Shown in pieces: positions 43,390-52,237 of a stretch of 64,000 nucleotides of DNA (position 1 is its first letter; every line of letters begins with the position of its first letter). Made by a program: the position numbers and the translations under genes. The notes under the pieces were generated by a model, which was given only the letters and a program-made list of their open reading frames with translations, did not search any database and was not told the origin of the DNA. Origin of the DNA: Candidatus Promineifilaceae bacterium (GTDB lineage: Bacteria; Chloroflexota; Anaerolineae; Promineifilales; Promineifilaceae); assembly GCA_049614105.1 (NCBI GenBank), contig JBMZDF010000001.1, forward strand, positions 24,338-88,337. Reading direction: 5' to 3'.

Positions 43390-44865
43390 TTAGGCTGTGG
43401 ATGGTTTAAGCGACTCGCGTAGCTGGGTTACATTTAGCTCTAAACGTTTGAAAAAATCTGTTTCGACAATCGCATCCAGCCGCTCTTTTTTCTGGTGATG
43501 ATTGATTTTGATATGCAAAGCGGCTACCTGTTCCTTCAAATCGGTTTCACGTTCCCACACCTTGCCAGACATTTCGTTGAATGCGTTGGCAAGTACAACC
43601 AGTTCATCAAATGAGTTGACCTGTATTTTGTCCGCTTTGTTATCGGCCGAAACCTGTTGAACACCTTGCAAAAGTTGGGCAATCGGCCGATGAATAAGCT
43701 GTGTTAAATAAATCGCCAGCGCAGATGCGAGAATCACCAAAAACAACGTCACAAATAAAACACGCATCCGCATTTGAATGGCTGGCGCAACCACCTCTTC
43801 ACGTGGAACCGTGATACCAAGCCGCCAGCCAGTTGCTTCAATCGGGGCATACACCAATAACGAAGTATCGTTGTTGGTATCGTTGTTGTAATAGCCAAGC
43901 CCTGTGACATCTGAAAGCATCGAATTGACAAGCTGACGAAATTCGGCCGAACCTGTCTCCTGCAACTTTATCGCCTCTTGCTCCCCTTTTGTTGCGTCAT
44001 TGTCTTGAAAATCGGGGTGCGCAATAATGCCGCCCGTATGATCGATCAGAAACCCATGCCCCGCGCCTTCGAGCACTTGGATATTGAGGGCGATCTCCTT
44101 GAGCGACCCAATCGTGACATCATGCGACATAATGCCCAAAAAATCGCCGCCGCTGCCGATCAACGGTTTTGAGGCGGTGACCATCCAGCCTGCCCCGGCA
44201 AAATCGACATAGGGGGCGGTCCATTGCAACGCATAAGATGGATTATTAGCTGGCTCCGCGACCGTATAAAAAACAATTTGGGTTGGGTCCCACGCATCAG
44301 GATAATGATCATTACTGGCCCAAGGATAAAGACGCATCATACCCTCTGGCGTCGTCATGTAGATCCACTGTGTATCTGGGCTGACACCCTTAATGCCTTC
44401 AAATATCGTGTCGAGCTGTTCCGTTTGGATGATCGTTTTGGCAACTGTGGCGTCCACATCGGCCGATGCCCAGTAAACATTTGAGAGCGTGTCACCCAAA
44501 CTGTCGGCCCCTCCGCTGCGATTATAGTAATCGTCTAGCCCTAGAATGCCGCGATTGTCTAGCTGATAACGCATTAGCTCAGTGGTCACTATCTCGTCAT
44601 CAATTGGCGTTTCTAACACTTCCACAGCCTGATGCGCGGCAATCTGTGTGGTGTTGGCGACCTCGTTCAAACGAATATTGATTTCTTCCGCACGGGCGGA
44701 CGCAAGCTGCAATAAGTTTGCTTCCATTTGAGCGGTCAATGCTCGCATACTTTGGCTTGTAAATAGAATCGAAACGATCAGAATGGGGATCACTGAAAAG
44801 GACAACAGCGCAATTAAAATCACACGAGTGAGGGAGCGTTTGAGCCAAGACAATATCGTATTCAT
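43390..44865 (-). CDS. Cache-like sensor and HAMP protein with no recognisable output domain
   Basis: The architecture is TM, an extracytoplasmic ~330-aa region, TM, HAMP (IHRPIAQLLQGVQQVSADN...FDELVVLANAFNEMSGKV) and a short coiled coil. Confidence 0.7.
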   Translation of the reverse strand: MNTILSWLKRSLTRVILIALLSFSVIPILIVSILFTSQSMRALTAQMEANLLQLASARAEEINIRLNEVANTTQIAAHQAVEVLETPIDDEIVTTELMRYQLDNRGILGLDDYYNRSGGADSLGDTLSNVYWASADVDATVAKTIIQTEQLDTIFEGIKGVSPDTQWIYMTTPEGMMRLYPWASNDHYPDAWDPTQIVFYTVAEPANNPSYALQWTAPYVDFAGAGWMVTASKPLIGSGGDFLGIMSHDVTIGSLKEIALNIQVLEGAGHGFLIDHTGGIIAHPDFQDNDATKGEQEAIKLQETGSAEFRQLVNSMLSDVTGLGYYNNDTNNDTSLLVYAPIEATGWRLGITVPREEVVAPAIQMRMRVLFVTLFLVILASALAIYLTQLIHRPIAQLLQGVQQVSADNKADKIQVNSFDELVVLANAFNEMSGKVWERETDLKEQVAALHIKINHHQKKERLDAIVETDFFKRLELNVTQLRESLKPSTA

Positions 44866-44875
44866 AGGTTTTTTC

Positions 44876-46522
44876 CTAAACTAATATCAGCTTGTTGTCC
44901 ACATCGATTGCAACAGCTTCTTGTTGCATGTCGCGCTTTAGAGCGGTCGCAAAGTGCAACACATCTTCTAAATTGGAGTCTAGGGCGCGTTTTGACACAA
45001 AAGTGCGGACGATCGTGACAACCTCGGTCACCAGCCCACCCTGATCGCTTTTCCAAATGCCGTCCGCCCGCGAACTTGTTGCGCCACCAAAGACAGACCC
45101 AAGAAATGACAACGTATCATTCACCTGCGTCTCGTTATTGGTTTGCTGATCAACCGTTATCGTTGAGGGTACAAAAATCGCGATGGTGTGATTGAGCGAA
45201 AGGCGGCGGAACAGTTCGGCGATGGTGTGAGATAGGGTTGATGCGGTGCGGTTGGTGGGGAAATCGGCCGAAAATGGCAGCACACATTGGAAAGTAAACT
45301 GCGCCGCCTGTTGTGCATCCTCTGGGTTTGTCTTGTTGAGCAAGACCAGCCGTTTTTGCTGTGGTGGCGTTGGAATCGCCTGCCACTTGTCACGACACGT
45401 TTGCGCAGAAGCTGCACAGGTTGTGATGCTGATCACAACAGAGGCGCTTGCGATCACCTCGCGTTGCAACGGATCTGGGTGATGACCTAGATCGATCAAG
45501 ATGTAATCAAAGCGTGCTTTTAGCTCCGTGAGCAAAATATCGGCATAAACAGCGGGTGGATAATCAACAGATTGGTGAGCATGGAATAACATAATCCCGT
45601 TGCTCAACTGTTGAATGATGCCAAACCCACTGGGGGTTTCGGTTACGATAGTTGCGGATAGCAGATCGCGATAGGGGTTTACTTCTGTTTTCCAATCCCA
45701 GATGACAACGCTGGGGCTGTTTTCGGCCGAATCCAAAGCGCACAATGCAAGCTGCGCCGCAATTAACGAGGCACCATCTCCCGCCGCCAAGCCGTCAACC
45801 GCCCACACGTGACCCGCCCGTCGCCCACCATGACATAGGCAATTTCTTAGCTGTTTGCTCAGGTATCGCGCCACGGCGGTTGCCAAATCGTGCTGAACAG
45901 ACTGCATCGCAACAAATGCTTCAATCGGCCACAGCATCACTGTACATGCTGTCACCGCTTTGTAGGTTTCCTGCGGCTGCTGATTGCCAAACAGCTCCGC
46001 CACGCCCAGCCATTCCCCCTGCCGCAAATACCCGTTTAAGGTTTGCGCCCTGTTGCCGCTAATCTGCACTTTGCCAAGTAAACCGCTGCGAACCACCCCG
46101 ATAAAAGGAAATGATTTCCCCTGCCAGGCCAGCACTTCGTTGGTCTGTAGTTTGCGGACACGGCATATTTGCTGCATTTTTTCCAGCGTTACCTTTGACA
46201 ATGTTTGCCCAATATCGGTATTGGACAGAAATTCGTCATCAGGTTGTGCTAGTAATGCTTGAATCGGTGCTGGCAAATTGCGAACGTTGGCTGCGCGTAG
46301 CTGAAAACGGGTCACAAAAACACGCTCGTTATTGACAAGCTGTTCAACGAGTTTGGCGCGTGTCACCAGTTCTTCGATGGTTATGGCAACTTCGGCCGAA
46401 GGGAGATTAATCCGTTCCGTTATTGCACGAACGCTCAATCTTGGAAATCGCGTGACGCAGCGCAAAATATCTTGCTCTACAGGGTTCGCGTTTAGAAGGT
46501 CGAGGGTCGATAAATACGACAT
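44876..46522 (-). CDS. Multidomain protein: wHTH, cNMP-binding-like domain, degenerate ParA/MinD-like domain and an unknown C-terminal domain
   Basis: The N-terminus is paralogous to the 46528 protein. The beta-roll-like segment reads LQTNEVLAWQGKSFPFIGVVRSGLLGKV...GEWLGVAELF. The Walker A position reads GLAAGDGAS (no Lys) and FDYILIDLG is Walker-B-like. Confidence 0.55.
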   Translation of the reverse strand: MSYLSTLDLLNANPVEQDILRCVTRFPRLSVRAITERINLPSAEVAITIEELVTRAKLVEQLVNNERVFVTRFQLRAANVRNLPAPIQALLAQPDDEFLSNTDIGQTLSKVTLEKMQQICRVRKLQTNEVLAWQGKSFPFIGVVRSGLLGKVQISGNRAQTLNGYLRQGEWLGVAELFGNQQPQETYKAVTACTVMLWPIEAFVAMQSVQHDLATAVARYLSKQLRNCLCHGGRRAGHVWAVDGLAAGDGASLIAAQLALCALDSAENSPSVVIWDWKTEVNPYRDLLSATIVTETPSGFGIIQQLSNGIMLFHAHQSVDYPPAVYADILLTELKARFDYILIDLGHHPDPLQREVIASASVVISITTCAASAQTCRDKWQAIPTPPQQKRLVLLNKTNPEDAQQAAQFTFQCVLPFSADFPTNRTASTLSHTIAELFRRLSLNHTIAIFVPSTITVDQQTNNETQVNDTLSFLGSVFGGATSSRADGIWKSDQGGLVTEVVTIVRTFVSKRALDSNLEDVLHFATALKRDMQQEAVAIDVDNKLILV

Positions 46523-46527
46523 AGTGA

Positions 46528-46806
46528 TTAGTTAAAGAAGGAGTCTAGCAACCCACCCGACGGGCGTTTCCTGGGCGTATTGCCCTTTGGTGAGATTTGA
46601 ACTGAATAACGCAGCTCGCTCTCATCATGCAAAATGAGTTTGGCGGAACGCACCATCTGGCTGAGCACTTGGTCGAGTTCTCTAAGCGGGATGCGTGTTC
46701 TACGGGCAATTTCGCGTTTTGTTTGAAATGGGCGTCGTACTAAACAGCGAATCACATCCTGTTCGGACGCAGAGACTTGTAGTAGATCGAGTGGGCTAAG
46801 CAACAT
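46528..46806 (-). CDS. Small winged-helix protein, paralog of the N-terminus of the 44876-46522 protein
   Basis: MLLSPLDLLQVSASEQDVIRCLVRRPFQTKREIARRTRIPLRELDQVLSQMV aligns with LSTLDLLNANPVEQDILRCVTRFPRLSVRAITERINLPSAEVAITIEELV. Confidence 0.6.
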   Translation of the reverse strand: MLLSPLDLLQVSASEQDVIRCLVRRPFQTKREIARRTRIPLRELDQVLSQMVRSAKLILHDESELRYSVQISPKGNTPRKRPSGGLLDSFFN

Positions 46807-46814
46807 AGTAATCT

Positions 46815-48074
46815 TTATAGTTGTGAGCTGACTGGGGCATGTGCTTGTGAAAAAGGGGCGGGTTGTTTTTGATGTACCATGTTGATAATCAGGTTTGCGG
46901 CATGGTTGCATTCGCGCATGTCGGCGAAGTCGGCCGCCATGCGCTGTGCGTTTGTTTCTAACGTTTGATCGCTGGTTAATCGGCCGAAACTTTCCCGCAG
47001 CCGCGCTTCGGTCACATCCTCAACAGGCAGGCAAATAGCCACGCCAGTCTCCGCACAACGTTCAGCCACCAAAAAGTTCTCACTGGCCGTCACAATTTGC
47101 AACATCGGCAGCCCGTGGCTCAACGCAGCAAGCATCACGCTTGATGTCCCCGTTGCGATCACATAATCAGCCCGTGGGAAAATTAGTTGATGCGGAATAA
47201 AGCGGTCAACAAAAAAGTTGTCTGGTTGGGTTGCTGTGACTAAATCTGAATCGTTGGTTGAAACAATGACGCGTACAGGGCGATCGGCCAGAACGGATAC
47301 AAGGGTTTCCCAGAAATCAGGTATCCCCTCCCTCATGTGATTTTCTTGTTCAAATTGGCGCGACCAGCGATTATCGTGTTGTACAAAACAGATCGGCATG
47401 TCGGTATCAAGTGCCGCTGCCAGCGTGCGGTAAGCATTTTGGTCAACAGACGGATACCATGTGCAAGCACCGACCAGCCGTACTTTGGTTGGTAAGCGCA
47501 AGTGATTTGCCTGCAAGGCTGAAATTGAGCGCAGTAAGTATAAATCGCCTAAAAGCGGGAATTGGTCATAGTCGCCTTGATACGGCGTGTGGCCGCAAAT
47601 AGAGGCGATTTGGTTGGCGATGTGCATGACGGTCAGATAGCGTAAGCCGCTGTCGGTATGAACTTCATCAGGTGTACTGTTGGGCAGCGGCGCATTTTCG
47701 CAAGTCGGCCACATATACGTGCCTAAACCAAGTACTGCAACTGGAATGTGATGCCATTTGGCGAAAAGAATCGCTCCCAGCGCCATTGAGGAGGCGACGA
47801 TTGCATCTGGTTGAAATACGGCTGCTGCTTCACGAACAAGCGCCACTTGCAACACGTTCGGTTTGGTGCTGCCCCACAAACTGACCCGAAAAGCGACACG
47901 GCTCGGCTCGCTGCCGGTATTGACGCGAGGGCAATTTGCTTCGTCCAGTTCAGAATCAAACCCTGATCCCGTTACAAAGCCGACGGTGTGCCCTAATGCC
48001 TGAAGCGATTGGGCAACGCGAATGGCTGGATAGATATAACCGTGGCTGGCAAGTGGACAAAACAAAAAGCGCAT
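46815..48074 (-). CDS. GT-B fold glycosyltransferase (GT1/MGT-like)
   Basis: MRFLFCPLASHGYIYPAIRVAQSLQALGHTVGFVTG is typical of the GT1 N-terminus. The C-terminal donor-binding region reads ATGTSSVMLAALSHGLPMLQIV...AERCAETGVAI. An aaaggag RBS precedes the chosen start. Confidence 0.7.
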   Translation of the reverse strand: MRFLFCPLASHGYIYPAIRVAQSLQALGHTVGFVTGSGFDSELDEANCPRVNTGSEPSRVAFRVSLWGSTKPNVLQVALVREAAAVFQPDAIVASSMALGAILFAKWHHIPVAVLGLGTYMWPTCENAPLPNSTPDEVHTDSGLRYLTVMHIANQIASICGHTPYQGDYDQFPLLGDLYLLRSISALQANHLRLPTKVRLVGACTWYPSVDQNAYRTLAAALDTDMPICFVQHDNRWSRQFEQENHMREGIPDFWETLVSVLADRPVRVIVSTNDSDLVTATQPDNFFVDRFIPHQLIFPRADYVIATGTSSVMLAALSHGLPMLQIVTASENFLVAERCAETGVAICLPVEDVTEARLRESFGRLTSDQTLETNAQRMAADFADMRECNHAANLIINMVHQKQPAPFSQAHAPVSSQL

Positions 48075-48122
48075 AAGGTTGCTCCTTTGAAAATAGCGGT
48101 TGAACAAACAGCCTGTCAGTTC

Positions 48123-51100
48123 TTACGCCGCGCGAACCAGCGGCAAAACGGTTAAGAGCGATGGTAGTTTGCTGGGTGCGATGTAGCGCACTAAGCCATA
48201 GCCAATCCCTGCTAAACCTTGTATCAACCCTGCCGCCTCAACTGCAAGCGGCAAGCCACATTGAATCGCATCTATGGTTAAGTTAGCGAGGTGTTGTGCG
48301 GCTAGTTGTTCAGTTGTGTGCTGTAGGATTGGGTCGGCTAATATTTCGGCCGATGTGTGCAAAAAATCGAGTGATCCAAATAGCCCATTTGCTAATGAAT
48401 GATCCCGTATTTCAGCATCCGAAACCTGTCGGATCGCTTGGTCAATTAAGTTGGAAGCCTGCACCGTTCTGTGTTCAGGCGGGAGCGACAGCCAACCGAG
48501 CGCATACCCGATCGCGCCATCATGCCAATTTGTCGCGGTTGGCATCGCTGGCACATGTTCAAGTAGTTGATTGGCCGCAATCGCAAAACGAGGCTGTCCC
48601 GCCCACTGTGCCACCCGATATAGCTCTGCCGCGATACCGATGAGTCCGCTTGCATAGCCTGTCCCCAAGCGCACATGGGTGGGCAACTGCCACGCCTCCA
48701 CGCAAGGCTGTAGCTGTTGCAGCAGCCGCTCCCCCGCTTGAACGGCGTAGGCCAATAAGTCCTCAGACGGGTCTATTTCGTTGAGACACCAGAGTGCGGG
48801 TATCAGACCTGCTGTGCCAGACAAAACGTTGAGATAGCCGTCTGAATCGATTTTATGCGAGCTGAGTGTTGCCCACGCATGCGCCTGTGACAAAAGCGCT
48901 GGATCGTCAAATTGTTGTCCAAGACGGGCGCAGGTTGTGATGTATCCCGCAATCCCGTCATATGCGCCCAACAGGGTCCCGTTGAGATGTGCCTCAATTG
49001 AACTCGTATTGGCAAGCGTGGCTTGCAGCGGGGCAATTGTTTTACGGGCTAGATTTTCCCAGCGGACATTGTTTGTGACGCGGGCAAGTGCGGCGAAAAA
49101 CAACGCGATCCCACAGCTACCGCTGTAAAGCGTCAGATTGTTTGGCCCAACATAGTGACGATGCCGATAGCTAGATACAGAAATCCATGCCAAGGAAGTT
49201 CCATCATCAACCGCTTGCGCTGCCAGCTTGTCGCCAATCGCACAGGCCAATTCAAGCGGTGACTGTGTTCGTTTTGACGGAGCAGGGGGCGTTAAACTAT
49301 TTTCGCGGGTTGAGCTACAGGCGAGCGTTGCCCGAATGTACCAAAGTTGTTCACGACAGCCACGATCGCTGATTGCGTCAACGCGAGCCATCGCTGCATC
49401 TAATCCGCTGCGATCTGTGACCTGAGAAAACCGTTTGCCGCTGCTTGCCCAAACGTCACGCGAGTCAGCTTGCGTGTAGAAGTACGGCACATCAAATGTG
49501 CGTAGCTCGCGCTTTTCATCGGCAATAAAGTTGGCATACTGCTCGCCTTGATTCACACGCCCCCATAATAGGTCGAGCGTGCGCTCTTGGGTTAAGCCAC
49601 GACGCAGTTGGTCGGGCTGTCGCAGTTGTCGCAACAACATGTCGTAAATCATTGTGTCGCGGAACAAGAATCGGATACGTGCGCCAGCAAAGGTTGAAAG
49701 TTGTTGACGTAAAGCGGCCTGATTATTTTGTGCAATGCGGTAGGCGGTGCGGAAGCCCTGTTCGATTTGGTCAATGTAGTCAGTTGGATCTGCTTGGGTT
49801 TGGTTGAATTTCGGCCGATTTTGCGCCTCATCCCCCGCCACAGATACCCAAATTTGTTCATAACGCATCTGGTCACTCTGTGCATCAAGTACCTTCAACC
49901 GCAGCGCCAGTTTTGTTGCATTCCCACCAAGCCCCCCATCCGCCGCATCATCAAACTGATTCGGCCGAATGTTTGGCAGCAACAACGTTGTGATCACTGA
50001 ACTATAGAAACGCGCATACGCCTGTTGTTCAGCCTCGCTCAAATCGTCTGTCTGGTCTGGAATATCAGGGTGAAATAAGCCCTCAAGATCGATCAGAATC
50101 GGATGTGCTCCGCTGGCAATCACGTTGTCGCTGTGGAAATCTGTGCCGCGTACCAAATATAAAATTGCAAGCAGTGCGCCTAACCGTTCATAGAACTGGG
50201 CGACCTCACCACTTGTTAAACAGCTTTCGTGGGTGACAAATTCGACCCAGCCATAGGCGGGACGCTCAACAATCGTGAGCAGCCGCAGCGGCGGCAGTTG
50301 TCCCTGTCCATGCTGATTAAACCAGTTGAGCAAAGTCTGAAATTGTGCATCAACCGTCAGCGGTTTGGGCTTGTAAAGAAGACGTGCGCCGTTGCTATCG
50401 TGCAGAATATAAACGGTGCGTCCGCTATCGTGTCGGTCGCTAACTGAGTCCTGAATCTGTTGAATAGCGGGCGCAGAGTCTGTGAAAAATGTTTTGGTCA
50501 AGGTTGACCAATCGGCCGCCAGCCGATCCAAAAATTCGACGCGAGCCGCTAGCCAATTTGTGGTGAAGTCATGCAGCAATCGGCCGAGCACAGGATACGC
50601 CTTTAACAGCGTCAACGCCCCCGCCGCACTGCGATACAGGTCTAAAAATGATTGAAAACGCGCTTGTGAGGTTTCCCCAGAGAGCTGTTTGAGAAAACGG
50701 GCTGACTGTAGTTCGGTTACAACAATCGGCGTCAAAATATCATCACAATCGTCAAGCAGGGCGGTCACCCATAGGGACAATGCTGTTTCAGGAAAAGCTG
50801 CTTGACCAAGGTGTGCCGCCGTTGTTGCGTAAGCGTCATACAGGTCATTTAGAATTGAATAGATGAGCGGGCGCACAATAACCAAGAGCGTCTCGTCAAG
50901 CCGTGCTTGTTGTGCGGTTGAGGTGAGAGAGGGCGTTTGACAGGTTGTATAGCGTTGTTTTAAGGCTGTCACCCAGTTTAGATTGGGGGTTCGTGTTTTG
51001 AGCTGGCCCAGCGGTTCACTGAGAATGCCAACGAATTGAGGTTCTGACAGGTTATCTTTTGCCAAACGTTGGGCGAAATCGGTCGATTGCGTAAATGTCC

Positions 51101-51239
51101 CCACTTTACGCCATTTGTTGTAACGAAAACGCCCCACGCCTGTGACGGGCTGAGTACTTAGCTGTTGTAATTCGGCCGAATTACAAGACGCAACCCGCTC
51201 ACTCAATGTCAACGCATCAAACCAAGCTTCATCCATCAT
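48123..51239 (-). CDS. lanM: Class II lanthipeptide synthetase (LanM): dehydratase domain plus a LanC-like domain with non-canonical active-site positions
   Basis: LLYKPKPLTVDAQFQTLLNWFN and HSDNVIASGAHPILIDLE belong to the LanM dehydratase. The C-terminal LanC-like repeats include GTAGLIPAL, GYASGLIGIA, NWHDGAIGYALGW, SLANGLFGSLDFL and GLIQGLAGIGYGLVRY. Confidence 0.85.
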   Translation of the reverse strand: MMDEAWFDALTLSERVASCNSAELQQLSTQPVTGVGRFRYNKWRKVGTFTQSTDFAQRLAKDNLSEPQFVGILSEPLGQLKTRTPNLNWVTALKQRYTTCQTPSLTSTAQQARLDETLLVIVRPLIYSILNDLYDAYATTAAHLGQAAFPETALSLWVTALLDDCDDILTPIVVTELQSARFLKQLSGETSQARFQSFLDLYRSAAGALTLLKAYPVLGRLLHDFTTNWLAARVEFLDRLAADWSTLTKTFFTDSAPAIQQIQDSVSDRHDSGRTVYILHDSNGARLLYKPKPLTVDAQFQTLLNWFNQHGQGQLPPLRLLTIVERPAYGWVEFVTHESCLTSGEVAQFYERLGALLAILYLVRGTDFHSDNVIASGAHPILIDLEGLFHPDIPDQTDDLSEAEQQAYARFYSSVITTLLLPNIRPNQFDDAADGGLGGNATKLALRLKVLDAQSDQMRYEQIWVSVAGDEAQNRPKFNQTQADPTDYIDQIEQGFRTAYRIAQNNQAALRQQLSTFAGARIRFLFRDTMIYDMLLRQLRQPDQLRRGLTQERTLDLLWGRVNQGEQYANFIADEKRELRTFDVPYFYTQADSRDVWASSGKRFSQVTDRSGLDAAMARVDAISDRGCREQLWYIRATLACSSTRENSLTPPAPSKRTQSPLELACAIGDKLAAQAVDDGTSLAWISVSSYRHRHYVGPNNLTLYSGSCGIALFFAALARVTNNVRWENLARKTIAPLQATLANTSSIEAHLNGTLLGAYDGIAGYITTCARLGQQFDDPALLSQAHAWATLSSHKIDSDGYLNVLSGTAGLIPALWCLNEIDPSEDLLAYAVQAGERLLQQLQPCVEAWQLPTHVRLGTGYASGLIGIAAELYRVAQWAGQPRFAIAANQLLEHVPAMPTATNWHDGAIGYALGWLSLPPEHRTVQASNLIDQAIRQVSDAEIRDHSLANGLFGSLDFLHTSAEILADPILQHTTEQLAAQHLANLTIDAIQCGLPLAVEAAGLIQGLAGIGYGLVRYIAPSKLPSLLTVLPLVRAA

Positions 51240-51331
51240 TCAACCACCCCGTAAACCTAACAATAAAAATAAACAATGGCCTACCTTGAGGGTAAGCCAT
51301 TGCCTGCAATTAGATTATTGCTACCAGGTTT

Positions 51332-51571
51332 TTACGCCTTTTCCTTCTTCGTGAAGGTGCAGCCTCTGGTGCAAATGCAGATGCCTCGACCGCCAGCAAT
51401 TTGCTCAAGCTCTTCATCAGACAATTCAGCCATGTTTGAAGGGGCGTCTGGAAGGCCTGCTTGCTGGTCTGAGGTCAATGAAGCGCGAAATTCTTCATCT
51501 TTCCATGCGCGAACGACGTCGTCTGAGGTCAAACCAATATCTTCTAGTGTGTGTTCAGTGTTGTTAGACAT
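51332..51571 (-). CDS. lanA: Lanthipeptide precursor (79 aa) with a mersacidin-type leader ending in GG and the 18-aa core RGICICTRGCTFTKKEKA
   Basis: An aggag RBS lies 6 nt upstream of ATG 51571. The leader ...DDVVRAWKDEEFRASL...ELSDEELEQIAGG resembles the mersacidin leader (IIRSWKDPFSR...). The core has 3 Cys and 3 Thr. Confidence 0.8.
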   Translation of the reverse strand: MSNNTEHTLEDIGLTSDDVVRAWKDEEFRASLTSDQQAGLPDAPSNMAELSDEELEQIAGGRGICICTRGCTFTKKEKA

Positions 51572-51672
51572 TCTTAACTCCTGTAGAGGTAGTAGCTCAA
51601 CCAACCGATTTTGGCCGAGTAAATGATGTGAAAGAAGGACATACAGCCGTTAGGGTTGTGCGTCTGCACGCA

Positions 51673-51951
51673 TTACTCAAGAAAAATAATGCGTTTGTCC
51701 AATAGCAGATGATGCCACCAGCCATCTTCCGACGGAATGGTGTCACTTTGCCAGTCAGCTTCAACGCCAAAAACACCAAAGCGATCCCCATGTCCGTCTG
51801 TCTTTTCAGCAATAAATCGTTGGGCGGTTTCTACATTTTGAAAAACGCAACCACCCAGATAATCATCGCTGCGGCCAACTTTTAACAGGGGTCTTCCCCA
51901 TACTTCGGCTTGTGCTTTGTATACATTTCTAGGACCAACTGTATAGAGCAT
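51673..51951 (-). CDS. Hypothetical 92-aa protein at the head of the lan operon
   Basis: A ggaga RBS precedes the start. I see no recognisable domain. Confidence 0.5.
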   Translation of the reverse strand: MLYTVGPRNVYKAQAEVWGRPLLKVGRSDDYLGGCVFQNVETAQRFIAEKTDGHGDRFGVFGVEADWQSDTIPSEDGWWHHLLLDKRIIFLE

Positions 51952-52237
51952 GTTTTCTCCGTTTCAGCTTGCGATTGACTCACCTCTCAACAGGTTAAAG
52001 CGTAATTTGGGGTATGCATGATGCCATCTACATATCGTGGACTATGCCAACTGGCACAGCCCGTTGTGCCAACAGGAACAGATGGCCTCTACTCAACAGA
52101 CCATCAGGGATGGGTAAATGTGGCGTATGGTTTGAGGACAATTTGATGTGGGCATATACATATCAGGCAGATGAGCACGCCTACGCAGACTAAAGCACCA
52201 ACTTCTTGCTCAAAACAAGCTGCAAACATCTGCGAGA

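Noticed and set aside
51276-51626. A 116-aa plus-strand ORF overlapping lanA
   Set aside because: It lies antisense to a precursor gene that has a strong RBS, a recognisable leader and a Cys/Thr core. The plus-strand ORF has no RBS and a Ser/Pro-rich low-complexity translation.
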